Shown here one piece after another: positions 39,411 through 51,414 of a DNA stretch of 64,000 bases. The stretch spans positions 56,398,788 to 56,462,787 of the forward strand of contig CM120640.1 in NCBI GenBank assembly GCA_051362555.1, given 5' to 3'. The DNA is from Lingula anatina. Its lineage: Eukaryota; Animalia; Brachiopoda. Each line of letters starts with the position of its first letter. Position 1 is the first letter of the stretch. Made by a program: the position numbers and the translations under genes. The notes under the pieces are model-generated. The model saw only the letters and a program-made list of their open reading frames with translations. It was not told where the DNA came from and ran no database searches.

Positions 39411-40146
39411 TTTGCATTATATCTGGTGGATGAAAATGAATTAATTGAATACTAGCCTATGGTATTGATACTGAAAATTTGGTTTAAAGGCATGAGTTTC
39501 ACAAAAAAGTCATGGTCCAACAATTTTATGCCATAATTAAGTTTTTCATGCTCTGACCAAATTTTATGGTTGGGACCATTTTTTACACCCCATAAATGAG
39601 GAAAAGGTATGATCCTTATTGTAGCAAAAGCTTGAGTCATATACCTATATAGAGGTGTAATTCAGTTTCACTTCATCACGCATTTTGTTACCTCATAATA
39701 GAGCATGGAAATATTCCAAGTTTTATGTGTATTAAATATTTAGGTGCTTTTTAATTTTTTGAATTTGTTAGTATATAAAGAATAAATTTAAACTATTTGA
39801 GCTTGACTACAGCAGTAATAGATTGCCCTTCTTTGATAAGAACAGTAGGATTTCATATAGCTTAGCTGTAGTCATGTAAATTGTGAATGTACCCTGACAG
39901 TAACATACCAAATAAATTGAAATTAGATTGTCTGTACTGTTTTTGTTTTCTTGCTTGCTGCCATTTCATTTCCTGTGGCTCTGTTATCTATATTAAAATT
40001 TGAAATAATGTATTCTCATACATAGTGTATTTTGCTGGAATATTAGAAGGCAAGGATATTGTTTAGAATGAATTTTATAAATAATATCACACTAATTTTG
40101 GCTCATATAAATATATTCATATATGTTTTTTATATATATATTTCAG

Positions 40147-40248
40147 AAGCAAGTTCGCAGACGCTATTGTTTCATTGCAATTGTAGTGGTGGTTTCTATT
40201 TTGCTCCTTACCCTGATCATCTGGCTAGCCACTGGGGCACACACTTGA
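40147..40248 (+). CDS. STX7: Alternative terminal transmembrane exon of syntaxin B (isoform 2)
   Basis: TTTCAG acceptor, phase 0, matching the donor at 38252. Reads KQVRRRYCFIAIVVVVSILLLTLIIWLATGAHT*, a basic-Cys-hydrophobic syntaxin tail. Confidence 0.75.
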   Translation, partial: KQVRRRYCFIAIVVVVSILLLTLIIWLATGAHT

Positions 40249-40628
40249 ATGAACAGGAGGTGACCACTGCAGCTGGCTACTTGACCAGCCATAGTGCACA
40301 TATGCATATAATTTAGTTGGGTTTCATCTAAATCACTATGAACGACAGATTTTTTGCAAAGTATAATGTGAATCATAAGATGACATTAAAAGAAAAAGAT
40401 TACTATGGTATTGTTAAAGTGCAGATTGGAAACCACTTATAATAATGTAAAGTATGTATAATTTTTTGGTATAGTCAACATGATCTTTCTCACATAGAAT
40501 TAAATTGACACCTTCAGGGACATAGTTTTCTAAAAGAGTGGGACCTCATTGAAAGAGGATAATGAATTTTTATATAGATAGTCAGTCTATGCCCAAAACT
40601 TTTTAGACTACAAGTCCTTTGAGCTAGC

Positions 40629-42358
40629 AGACTCTCAAACTTTACTAGCCCGAACCAAAAAACACTAGCCCAATTTAAATAATCATTTAAAAAGTTTAAG
40701 CAGATGTTGTAAAGAGTTTTGGTACCATACTACTTTCTTATAAACCTTATTATAGAAGTAGAGCAAGTGAATAACAAAGTCAATCAGGTTAATTTCCAGT
40801 TGATGGGGTGGTAAAATTAATTAAAAATATATTTAATTCTTTTAATATTGAAAAAATTCTTTTTTTAAATTTGTAATACTGAATATAGTTACCCTTACTT
40901 TTCATATTTTATAACATCTTTTTTTCCCCATTTTTTATATGCAATCAAAATCTTTTTTTAAAATTCCTATTCTTTTTATTGACAATGACTCTTTTCTGAC
41001 AATTTATTTCCAATTACATCGGTATATAATGCCACTTCTAATTTAAAATACATAGGTGCTGTAAGGGTAATTAAACAAACGTCTTACAATTTTTTTGGTT
41101 ACAATTCTTTTGGTTATATATTTGTAAAAACAACTTTTCAAGGACTTTACCAGGACAAAGTGTGGAGGGGTAGCCATTACATAAACCGAACTATCCCACA
41201 TTGTCAAGAATAGTTCATAGGGTATTTATGCAACTGCCAGGGTCTTATTGTTTTTAAAAGGCAATAAGCGAAGGAAAATGTATTTAGGCATGGATATTAA
41301 AATTATAGATAAAAAATATAAAGAAAAAAGGAAATAGAATACTCCACCCCTCAGTCTGCTAAGTGGTCCTAACCCAGGCCTACCCAACTACCAGACTCGG
41401 CACCTACGGATCCAGAATAAACCGGTATATCAGACCACACTACCCGTTTTCAAGGTGTGTGTCAGATCGCATTACAGAGTATCATACCCCATCACAAATT
41501 TTGTAGGCCTACCTGTCATCCGGGTATCGCGCCTCGTTTTCGTCAAGTAGGAGTTGTATGAATGCAACAACATGGTGACAGACGGTAGTCTGTGAAAAAA
41601 TCGCATAATTTTATTTAACCCCCGACTGAATATGCTTCCGCTATCAAAATTAGGTATACTTAATATATAAGTTTGCAAGTTCTTATTTACAAAACATCAT
41701 TGGCTATGTTCGAACCTAAATTTTATGTTAAAAAATTGTGGTATTGTTAGATTTTTTGCATAAACAGGGAAAATTGCAGCAGCGCATGAATCTAGATGAG
41801 ATGCACTACTTTCCAACCCCGCTTAGGATCATGGCTATCACATAGCACACCAGGCAAAATCGGTGTGATGGCTGATACTCTGTAATGCGATCTGTAACCC
41901 AAATGTTCTATGAGATTGCTTCGGAGACAGTGTTGTTTTGACAAAACCTGTTGCTAGTACTAAGGAATTCCGATCTGATCCAGTTTCTTGATTGACAGCA
42001 ATTTGTAGTCATGACAACAAACTGGTCAAATAAAAAGATGCCGACACGCTGATCAGACAGACTGCTGCTATAAATAACTACAGTGAAGTTATTTATAGCA
42101 ACTAATCTATATTCAGTAGTTAGAGCTAGGTGTGAGTTTTTTCAACTGAGAGGCATATCATACTATCTAGAAACGTCAAATTAGAGGCAGGGACAAAGAA
42201 GACTGGCGACTTATATTTTTGAAATCTTACTGAGTGTTAAAATAGGTGCAAAATTACAACTAGTTCGGGCTAGTGCTTTATATTATTTCAACTTTTTACT
42301 AGCCCGGTGCCACTTTAGAAGGGCTATTGCCTCGCAGACTGGATAGTGAACCTCTCTG
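40629..42358. mobile_element. Possible degenerate DNA transposon with ACTAGCCC subterminal repeats
   Basis: ACTAGCCC/GGGCTAG clusters near both ends and CAG...CTG termini. No clear TSD. Confidence 0.3.
41463..41894. mobile_element. MITE with perfect 22-bp TIRs
   Basis: CAGATCGCATTACAGAGTATCA ... TGATACTCTGTAATGCGATCTG. Confidence 0.85.
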
Positions 42359-44226
42359 TGAATGCCCCTTCCTCTCCAACATCTCTCATTTCACTTCTAG
42401 CAGTTGCTGTAGTGTTGCATTGAAATACACAAATATTAATTTACTTTACACTTTTTTTTTCTATCTATTTTTATTTTAGTTATGTAATGTATTTTTAGTC
42501 AAAAATAATGTAAATACACTGGTTCTTAAAAATACAAAATGTCATTGTAGTTTTGCATATAGGAATAATTATAATTAAAAACCCCATCAGAGTCTGCCAA
42601 GATCAATTGCAAACAGTTTACCCAGTAGAATATGGACAGTAATAACACAGCAATATTAATCTTTAGAATAGTTATGGTGCTGGGTAAATGTAACATCAAT
42701 TTTGTGGAAAATTATCAGAATTTTTTGTCTTTCTATCCTTTTTAGGGGTAACTTAAATACCGTACTGCGTGTTTTCACCTGACTATTTTGAATAAAATTT
42801 TTTTATAATATGCGGTAAACTCTGCCAAAGCATTCCAATATGGTGGTTAGAGTCACGGAATAAAGTAATTGCCAATCGATTCTTGTTTGTACATATGACG
42901 TCAAGGAAATGAATAGTTATAAATCTACTGTCGTTCTAATATGTGTTGTACATAAAACTGTCACTATTGATGAGTAGAGTAATTCTCCAATGCGTCACTG
43001 TTTACTTGATATGTGTATATCTATGTTAAAACCATGTTTAATTAATTGTAACATGACACTTATTGTGTATGTAATTTATATCTTCCATTAGGACGAATAA
43101 ACAAGCTTGTTCATGCAACCTTCTAACTTGGGTCGTTTCCATGAACGGTTTCAAAACCAAGCAGTTTCGATTTATTAATTGATGATACACATGTATGAGG
43201 TTTTGGATACGATGTGTATGGATATTGAACATAATCACAATCTCTCTTTATTCTGCAGATCAATATTTGTTCTTGGAAGAGAACGTTATGGACAGTTCCT
43301 TGTTCACGCGTTTCGTGACTAGTAAAAGCATCCATTTTTTTTATTATGAAGTGGATAGTAGGACAAATAATTTTGTTGAAGATGGCTTTAACGGGATTTT
43401 CCCGCAAACAGCATACCTGTCTCTTATCAGTTTTTAAAAGAAATGCATATCCGAGACTTGTATGTACGCTGTATCTCAAAAGAATTCTCTACAGCAGGGG
43501 TGAAAAATTTGTAATGTACACTTTGAAGGAGTTGCTCTCAAGTGACACATGTATGAAGAGGTGTGACTAATTTTTCTTTTGCCCTTTGAGTCGAGGGCCT
43601 GCCTCTAAATAAATACACGTAAGTTTTCATGTAATCATCGATCTTTGTTTTGCAAATGCTAGCAAAGTAAAAGTATGCCAATTAATTATTTACCAATGTA
43701 CTTTTAAATGCCGATCCAAAAAGCTTCCCCCAAGCAAGATAATCGACCATGAAGTACCTCCCCCGTTTTCCGTTTTTACACAAGATAACAATGTCTCTCC
43801 ATTTCGCTTCACAATCAATATGAACAGAAACAAAGACTTAAATTCGTGTTTTTTAAACTTTATTCCGATCATTGAGCAAATAACATTATATGTTTATATA
43901 GAACCAATAACAAAAACAATCCATTTTACACCATATCATATCGATATAAAAACCTGAGTGTACCTAGAACCTCAATTTAAGTGCGTAAGAACATCCCGGT
44001 TAGAATGGTGCGTAAGTGCTGAAAATACACGGAATACCATGTAACTAACAACATTTAATCAAGCCTTCTTCGTTGCTATTTCTGCATCTTGAGCTCTCAC
44101 TTAAAACGTGAGCAAAATATTTTTCTTATATTTAGTGATTCTCTTACTTAAATATGGCAAGCACTACATCTGACGACAGGCGGAAGTTCAGTAATATAAA
44201 AGCTTCCTAGCTAGGAGGACATTTTT

Positions 44227-46100
44227 TCAACTAAGTTGTTCCATTTCTGCGGCCTGTGAAGATTCTGGGTGGGGCATCATTGGAAGCAGCTTTTTCCTTC
44301 GGCGTACTTTTTCTGCGTGCTCTTCCTTAGCTTTTAGTTTGTCTCTCAATTCCTTTAGTTTTTTCTCTCTGTTTTCTGTAACACTGTCTATTTTTTCAGA
44401 TGTGGTCTGTTCCTTTTCCTTAATTTTTTGTTCAAAAGAGTCTAGTGCATGTAAAATATCGCTTTTCTGTGTAGTTGTTTGAATTCTTTCCAACTTTTCC
44501 TGCTCCTTTTTCTAAAAACAATATAAGAGAGAAATTAAGCATGAAGTTGTAAAATGAGTATTTAATAAAGCTCCAATGAAACAGTTATTCTAAATATTGA
44601 TTTTTAGAAAACTAATTCAATGGTAACGGCTGGCACTAATTTCGTTTATTTGAAATCAATATAAACGTAGCTACGGAATGTATTTGAAATCACCGCTTAC
44701 CCCAGACATTTTTATGAAACGTGTTTCTGTTCACAAATAAGATATTTACCTTTCTTCTCCTCTCGGCTTTTTCAAGTTTAGCTTTTATTTGATCTTCTGT
44801 TAATTCCGTCTTCTTCTTCCTTCTCTCCAGTTTGGCAAGGCGGGCCGGTGGTTTCTTTAGTGCGTCAGGGTCGGGTCCAGCCATGATGATGTCAAAGCTC
44901 ATGCCTCCTGCCGCTCTAGACTTCGGCCGGGCAATAAGTCCTTCATCCCTCAGCGCTGCCATGACAACATTTTCTTCTAGTCTTGCCTTGTCCTTTGCGC
45001 TGGTGCGACGGGGGCAGGCAGTTCCACTTAAGCTTAGATCTAATAAAAAAAAAGAAAATAAAGGGTTTACTATTTAATACAGTTCTAGTTTCAAAATTAT
45101 GAACAAAGCGTTATTTAATCCATAAAGATTAAATTGTTTTATAACATTTAGTCACTATTCTTAGCTGGCGAGCTACTACGTACAATTTATTGTTCTACGT
45201 TTTCATGTTGAGTGACGTCATTACGTTGAGCAAGCCCCCAAGTCACTGGATTTGTTTTGATTGTTAAACACAGAGTTGACTACAATGCTAACAATACTTG
45301 GATTGTGTGGCAACTTAGCGCACCTCAATGCAGAGCCGGGTGCAAACAACTCACAAGAAATGTTGATGCTGTTAAATTGAGATTGCCAACGAAAAAATAT
45401 TGAAAAAAAAACACGGAAAACAAATTATGTAAACGAAAATAAAATTAATAACAATACCAATGGCCACGCTGTCTTAACAAATATGAAAATTATATCTCTT
45501 TCGTGAAAGGCAATAATTGTTAGTGATCACTGCGTTAAAGTAACATATTATAGGCCCATGCCGCATGTTTTTTTTAATTAATTTCTTAATTAATTAATTA
45601 CCTAAATCTTCTCTAGATCCAAATTCTTCTCCCAGTGCTCTTATTTTGCTCTCATCTGAGTATTCTGTAATGACATGAGCATAATCTTCTTCTAATCCGG
45701 AGTCAGTGCTGTGTTTGGAGTTCTTGGAGGTAGCTGATCCCCCTCGCTGGGAGTTGTTGGAGGTAGCGCTGTTGGGGCGACTGCCGTCACGCCGCAGACT
45801 AGCAAGTGAACTCAGACCTCTTTTCTTCTTTTTCGTTCCCTTTTTCATGTCGATTTGTTCTTGACCTGAGATGATTTGATCTGGAAGAACTGCTTTCTCA
45901 ATTTCGACATCAGAGTCTAGCTCCATGTGTTCCAATGGTTCCACAGGTTGGACCTTGGTTTGCTTCACGGGTGTTCCACGCTTTGATGAGGACGTATTCT
46001 TTTCATTTTTGTCCATCTCTGCTGTCCATTTTCCACTGTTCGGTCTAGGGGTCTTGGACACTGGCTGGACCTGAATGTTCCTACTATTGTTACAACCCAT
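44227..46100 (-). CDS. Stathmin domain-containing protein (STMND1-like), 357 aa
   Basis: Exons 46100-45602, 45039-44750, 44511-44227 in phase. MGC N-terminus, LRDEGLI, GGMSFDII, KKPPARLAKLE, IKAKLEKAERRRK and ENREKKLKELRDKLKAKEEHAEKVRRRK. Confidence 0.85.
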
Positions 46101-47094
46101 GGTAGTAGTTTTCTTGTAGACTGGAGTTTACTTGGTAGCAGTGATTTCAAACCTATTTAATATATTTCTAAGTTATGATTGACTCTGCCCAGCAGTTCTT
46201 GTCTTCGCTTTTCAACACAATGCTTTCTTTGTCAAGTTCTCGCTAATTACTACAGAGTCAACCACACATAATAAATTCCCCTGACCCTCTATAGGCTTAT
46301 ATATGACGGTCCCAGATGTATCTAAGGTAAACTGTTATGTTTCCAAGGTCGGTAAATATTTTGCCGCGGTGACCGATAGGTGTCGCTAGTAAAATGTATA
46401 CCGTATCTAAGCATGACAAGCTGCCATATAATAAAGTATGTAGTAAAAGCTTATAGTATAACTTTATTAAAGCGAAGCTTATTCATATAAGGATGATTTA
46501 ACAAATAAACTTGTTTATTTTGGCAATTGCTGTTAATTCATTGTGACTGAAGCGGGAATTAACCAAGCGAAAAAAAAAACTAACTTCAGGTCATATTTGA
46601 CGGCATGTATAGGCTCTAACGTTATGTATGGATCAATATGACATTCATTTATCATCATCAACAACTCTTTTCTGACTGTTTGCTGGGCAGCCGCTTCGGG
46701 TTTAATTGACTCTCTCGCGGAAGGGTAGTTTTAGTGATGATCAACGCGTCAGGGATAGGCCTACTCAGCTACATGCATGGATAGCCGGTCACTCCCGCCA
46801 CACTTTGATATCTTTTATTCAGGTTATATTTTAAACATGCATTTAATTTACTAATTAAAGTACAAGTGCAGAAGGAAGCACATTTTTAATGTGTGTATGT
46901 GTGTGCGCGTGTGGGGGAGAGGGTAGAGATTTCGGCCTGCTCTTATTAAAGTGCTAGTATAAACATTTATTTGGCATAAAGAAGCGGACAGAGTCCCTTA
47001 GCCCATTTGCTTCCTGCACTTAAGACTGACATGTAGGCTGACACCCCCCCTCCCATACATTTGAACTCCTCTACCCATAGGTTCTTCCTGTTAA

Positions 47095-49635
47095 GGAGGG
47101 AATGTAGGTTTGAGATTTTCTCTTAAAATAAAGGTCTTGGCTTTTTTATTCCTGTCACATTCATTTAACGTATCTTCAAAATATCTAATTATGCTTGGAA
47201 CACAGCTTTAACTTCATCGTGTGACGTAATATTGGGATTTTGGGGACAAAAACACCATTTTTATACACCTGATTTTCTCGGGCACCTGGACAGCTATAAA
47301 CTTGCTTTTGATGTCATTATGACACTTGAACAAAGTACTACAGCATGGAGTCAGGGATTTTTCTTCAGACACTTATTGTTGATTTTATCTATAAAAACGT
47401 GAAATTACATCAAAATATTAGGGAATTTTCACTTTCAAAGTCTATAATTTAGAAAAGAGAGGATCAATCAAAATTTCTTAAAAAGCACTTTTAGAGCATA
47501 CTGTTCATAATTAGCATGGTGAATTTGGTCTCCCTCAGGTGTACAGGTAGATAGTTAAAGCTTGTTAAGATAACGCTATCTCGTCAATATTGAAAGCAAA
47601 GAAAACGAGCAAAAACCATTTCAGTGAAGTTAATTGTCCATATAAGCAAATAAAATTGTTGACAGCTTTACCTGTTATCGTTCTGACGATCGCGAAGATG
47701 GGTACTCTTTTGCCGGTTGAAATTAGCTTGTTTGCATGTATTTGGATGTCAGAAAATCTTATTTTTGTATCAATCTCACCTCCTGTTAGTAACTTCAAGG
47801 GGTTACCGCTAGCACTGCCAGAATGATTGACAGGCAATCTAGTAAGCCCTAATGACCCAAGCAATCAGTGGCCACGTCAATTGCCGTCGGGGCAAGTGTT
47901 AGGGATGCGCTTTAGGATGTGCACACAAAAGCAGCATCGCATGGGGTCTTGTCCACATTCGCCAAGCGAAAAATGGTTCGAAAACAGGTGGAAAGGTTAG
48001 ATATTATCATTGTTGATTTTCCTATTACCAATGGTAAGCAGAAATAAATAGGAGTTGAGCCTCGATGCTAGGGCCGAATTGCCCAAGTTGCATAGATTCA
48101 GGGGCGTAACCAGACCTTTAAAAATTGTACGCACAGATTTTTTACATTCCCAGCAAAATATAGACTAACGCAAGAGATGAAGGACAGCGTAATCACAGCA
48201 TATGTACCACACACCGCAGCTTAATTTCCATTAATAATAAAACATCATTTAGTCAGAAATATTCTCGCAATTAAAAAAGTTTCAATAAACTTATTACCCA
48301 GAATGGTATATTTATTTAAAAGGAGGCTAGCTTCGCATACGTGGAACGCCCTTCGAATAATCCTGGATCCGCCTCTGAGTTGAACTAACATTAGATTTCA
48401 TTAACCTTACATGTGGATGCATGGCTCCCCATAACAACCAATTGTACGACACGACAGAGCTCTGATACATCTAAGTTTTATTATATGTTTGTAAAAATTG
48501 TCCATGTCACCCTGTTAGTTTGGAGGGATAAGCTGGGTCAAGTCCGTGTCAAAATTATTTGACGCTTTGCAGGAAAAATCCTTCCTTCGTTTCTCTAGCT
48601 CCTTATGAAACCTGGTGTCCAGATTTTATCTAATGCCCTCAGGGTTGCGTGAGCTGCTCTTTGAAAATAACACACAGGTAGATTTTTACCTGAGATAAAT
48701 ATTGCCAGCGAGGCTTCAGGTGAGTTGTGGGCCACTGAACCCTCCAATAAAGAGGTAAAGGAAGTTCCAGTTAGATGGACGATTAAGATAAAACTTGTTA
48801 AGGTTTCAGGCATTGTTTACCTCAGTTCAATAAAAGTATGCAAGACGGGGGGAGGGGGGTGTCAGAACAATTGTGCCTATACAATTGATACAGAGGATTT
48901 GTTCATACAGGTGACTTTAATAAGCAGAGAATTTCTTTATATTCCGTGAAAAATACACTAAATTTATATAAAATAATATCATGGTTGGCCAAAAAAATGT
49001 ACGCACAGTGCATCCGTGCGTATGCCTAGTTACCCCCATGTATATTTTTAAAATCTAACACTAAACTGCATCGACCTGTTGGCGAAAATGGATAGAAAGA
49101 ATGACGATTGTTGTCACGGGTAGCAAGCAACGGAATTTTCTTCTTTTCTTTTGCGTATCTCAAAAAGTTAACAAGAAAATCGAAAGAACGCGTGTAACAA
49201 CAAGCAATATTCAAGGGAGAACGAGTATTTCGAGCAAATCCAATGTGTCGGAAAAGATTCATCTTAGCGCTGATCACAATCAAGAGAGACTATCAAAACA
49301 GCTTAAGCGGAACAATAGGCACTGCTTTGCCGATCGCTGTTTATGACAAAGGGGGCATGGCGCATCCCTGTTCTATTGTTTCCCTAGACGTGCTGATGCT
49401 GCTAAGGTCCGCCCACCGAGTTTACCCATGCCAACGGCCCTTGACAACGAAGGCGGGGCATATACCAGGCCACCGCTGTCGATGTGTGCAGCATCAGAAT
49501 AATCAGAAAAAACAAATTTTTTGTTCAAAATGTAAAAATTTTATTCTGTTAAACGTTAGATACACGTTTAACCAATAATTAGACATAAAAAACCAAAAAT
49601 GGCTATTTTTAGCTATATTTGGGTACATCCGCTCC
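47095..49635. mobile_element. Non-autonomous Kolobok-like DNA transposon (TTAA TSD) with nested insertions
   Basis: TTAA|GGAGGGAATGTA ... TACATCCGCTCC|TTAA: short imperfect TIRs with GG termini. Confidence 0.55.
48099..49039. mobile_element. Nested CAGGGGCGTAAC-type non-autonomous element
   Basis: CAGGGGCGTAACCAG...TGTACGCACAG at the left end, TGTACGCACAG...CTAGTTACCCCCATG at the right end, and an internal CCTGGATCCGCCTCTG end at about 48376. Confidence 0.5.
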
Positions 49636-50649
49636 TTAAACATCTATTATCAAACCATGCTCAAATTACTATGTTTAATCAAAATACCCATGTAGACATC
49701 CTATAAGATTCTTTGTGCAAAACAGTCGATTAAAATTCATAGTATATTCCACACTTTACAATTATTCGATTAAATGGCAAAGATCATATACTTGAAGTTG
49801 GACATCGCTTGTCTGGTGTCTTGGCCCACAACGTACAATTAGCATGCAGTGACTGGTATTAAAAAGCATACCTAACATCATTTATAATCCAAAAAGAATA
49901 TGAAACGATACATTTTTATTTGTTGAATGATTGTTGAAATAATTTGGCAAGAGGAGTCACCTGAAATATAATCAGATTGGTACAGCACGAAGGAGTTTTG
50001 AAGTATTGGTTGAAACAGGGAATTATATCGATATAATTCCCTTGTTGAAATTACTATTTGTTACCGAGAAGGATAAAGACACAAAAATTGGGTAACACAT
50101 TGTGTAAGTTTTCGTGATCACAGGAAAATGAAAGACCTGTTTTTTTTTTTTGCTAAATGCTACATGTACTAAGGCCTACCTATCTAAAAAAATTTTCAAG
50201 ATTTTTAGAACAAATAGATAATAATCTTAAGAAAGCAATTTGAAGAGTGCGAACTGTTTATTATTTTGAAAAAGGCTTTTTTAGTGTGTTATGTCGTGTG
50301 TGTGTGTGATCTGGCTCACTGTCGTTTTCTTGTGCAAATTCGTGCGTTAAAAATTCTGAAACGATTCGGAGAAAAGAAAACATTTTATCATTCAGACAAC
50401 AACAGCATCGCATGACAGCGAAGTTGCACACTCTAATATTATCATGAAAGGAATTGACATTTAGCTAATGGTATTCTAATTATTTTAAAATGATATGATT
50501 TTGTCAATATTTTCTGTTAAGTTTAAACTCAATAATGTGCGGGCTGGATAACGGTGGATATATATATATTTTTTTTTTCATGCGAAAATCTCACAAATAT
50601 TCTCTTTAAAGTTTAGTTTCTCCAGGTTTGTTTTATCTTTCTTTTTATG

Positions 50650-50822
50650 CAGTGGCGGATCTATGGGGGGGGGGGGGGGGTCAGGGGGGTGCCCCTCCCC
50701 CCCCCTTCAGTCTCTGAAAAAAATCACACTTATTTTCTCCGAACCCAACCCCAACGAGGGGGCGGCGGCAGGGCGGCTTCACATCTGCAGACCCCCCTTC
50801 AAATATTCCTGGATCCGCCTTG
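50650..50822. mobile_element. CAGTGGCGGATC-type MITE
   Basis: CAGTGGCGGATC...GGATCCGCCTTG, flanked by TTATG on both sides (candidate TSD). Confidence 0.7.
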
Positions 50823-51414
50823 TTATGTCTGCATTGCGTAAAATGTTTAGTTCTATTCAGCGTAAATTTACGTGAACCCTGTAGTATATTTTTTTCATCA
50901 TGATACATTTACCTGCTACAGTTCGTTTCATGATATATAACTCGATTCTTACCCCCACCCCCACCCCATCGCACACACACACGCGCACGCGCGCGCACAT
51001 ACACGTAAATAACGGTATAGCGATTTCATTTGAGTAAAACAGAATCATAACTGGCGGAAAACGTGTAAACATATACCAGTGTCAACTGAGGTGCTAAACC
51101 ACAAACATGAATTCCTAAGCCTAGAGGTCACCTGAAATACTGTGCTGCCATCTGGCAGTTGAGTCATCAATTTACTTGTTTACGTTGATTAACAGGTGCG
51201 CGGGATACATATAAGCAGCAACGAAATACGCTTGCGTGCATTAAGAAACGCAATTCCACAAACCCAATTCCACAAACACTTAAATTTCATCAAAAATAAT
51301 TTTCTCATAGATAAACTTTAGCAACTTTGAAAGCTTCATGACAAATGAACATTTATGGTCACCTTGTCACGTGACCATTTTCACCTGCCATTATTGTAAA
51401 TTTGAAGGGACAAG

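Noticed and set aside
49243-49578. ORF with RCRC...CSKC resembling a piggyBac C-terminal zinc ribbon
   Set aside because: The ligand set is incomplete, there is no DDD core, and the termini are GG rather than piggyBac CCY.
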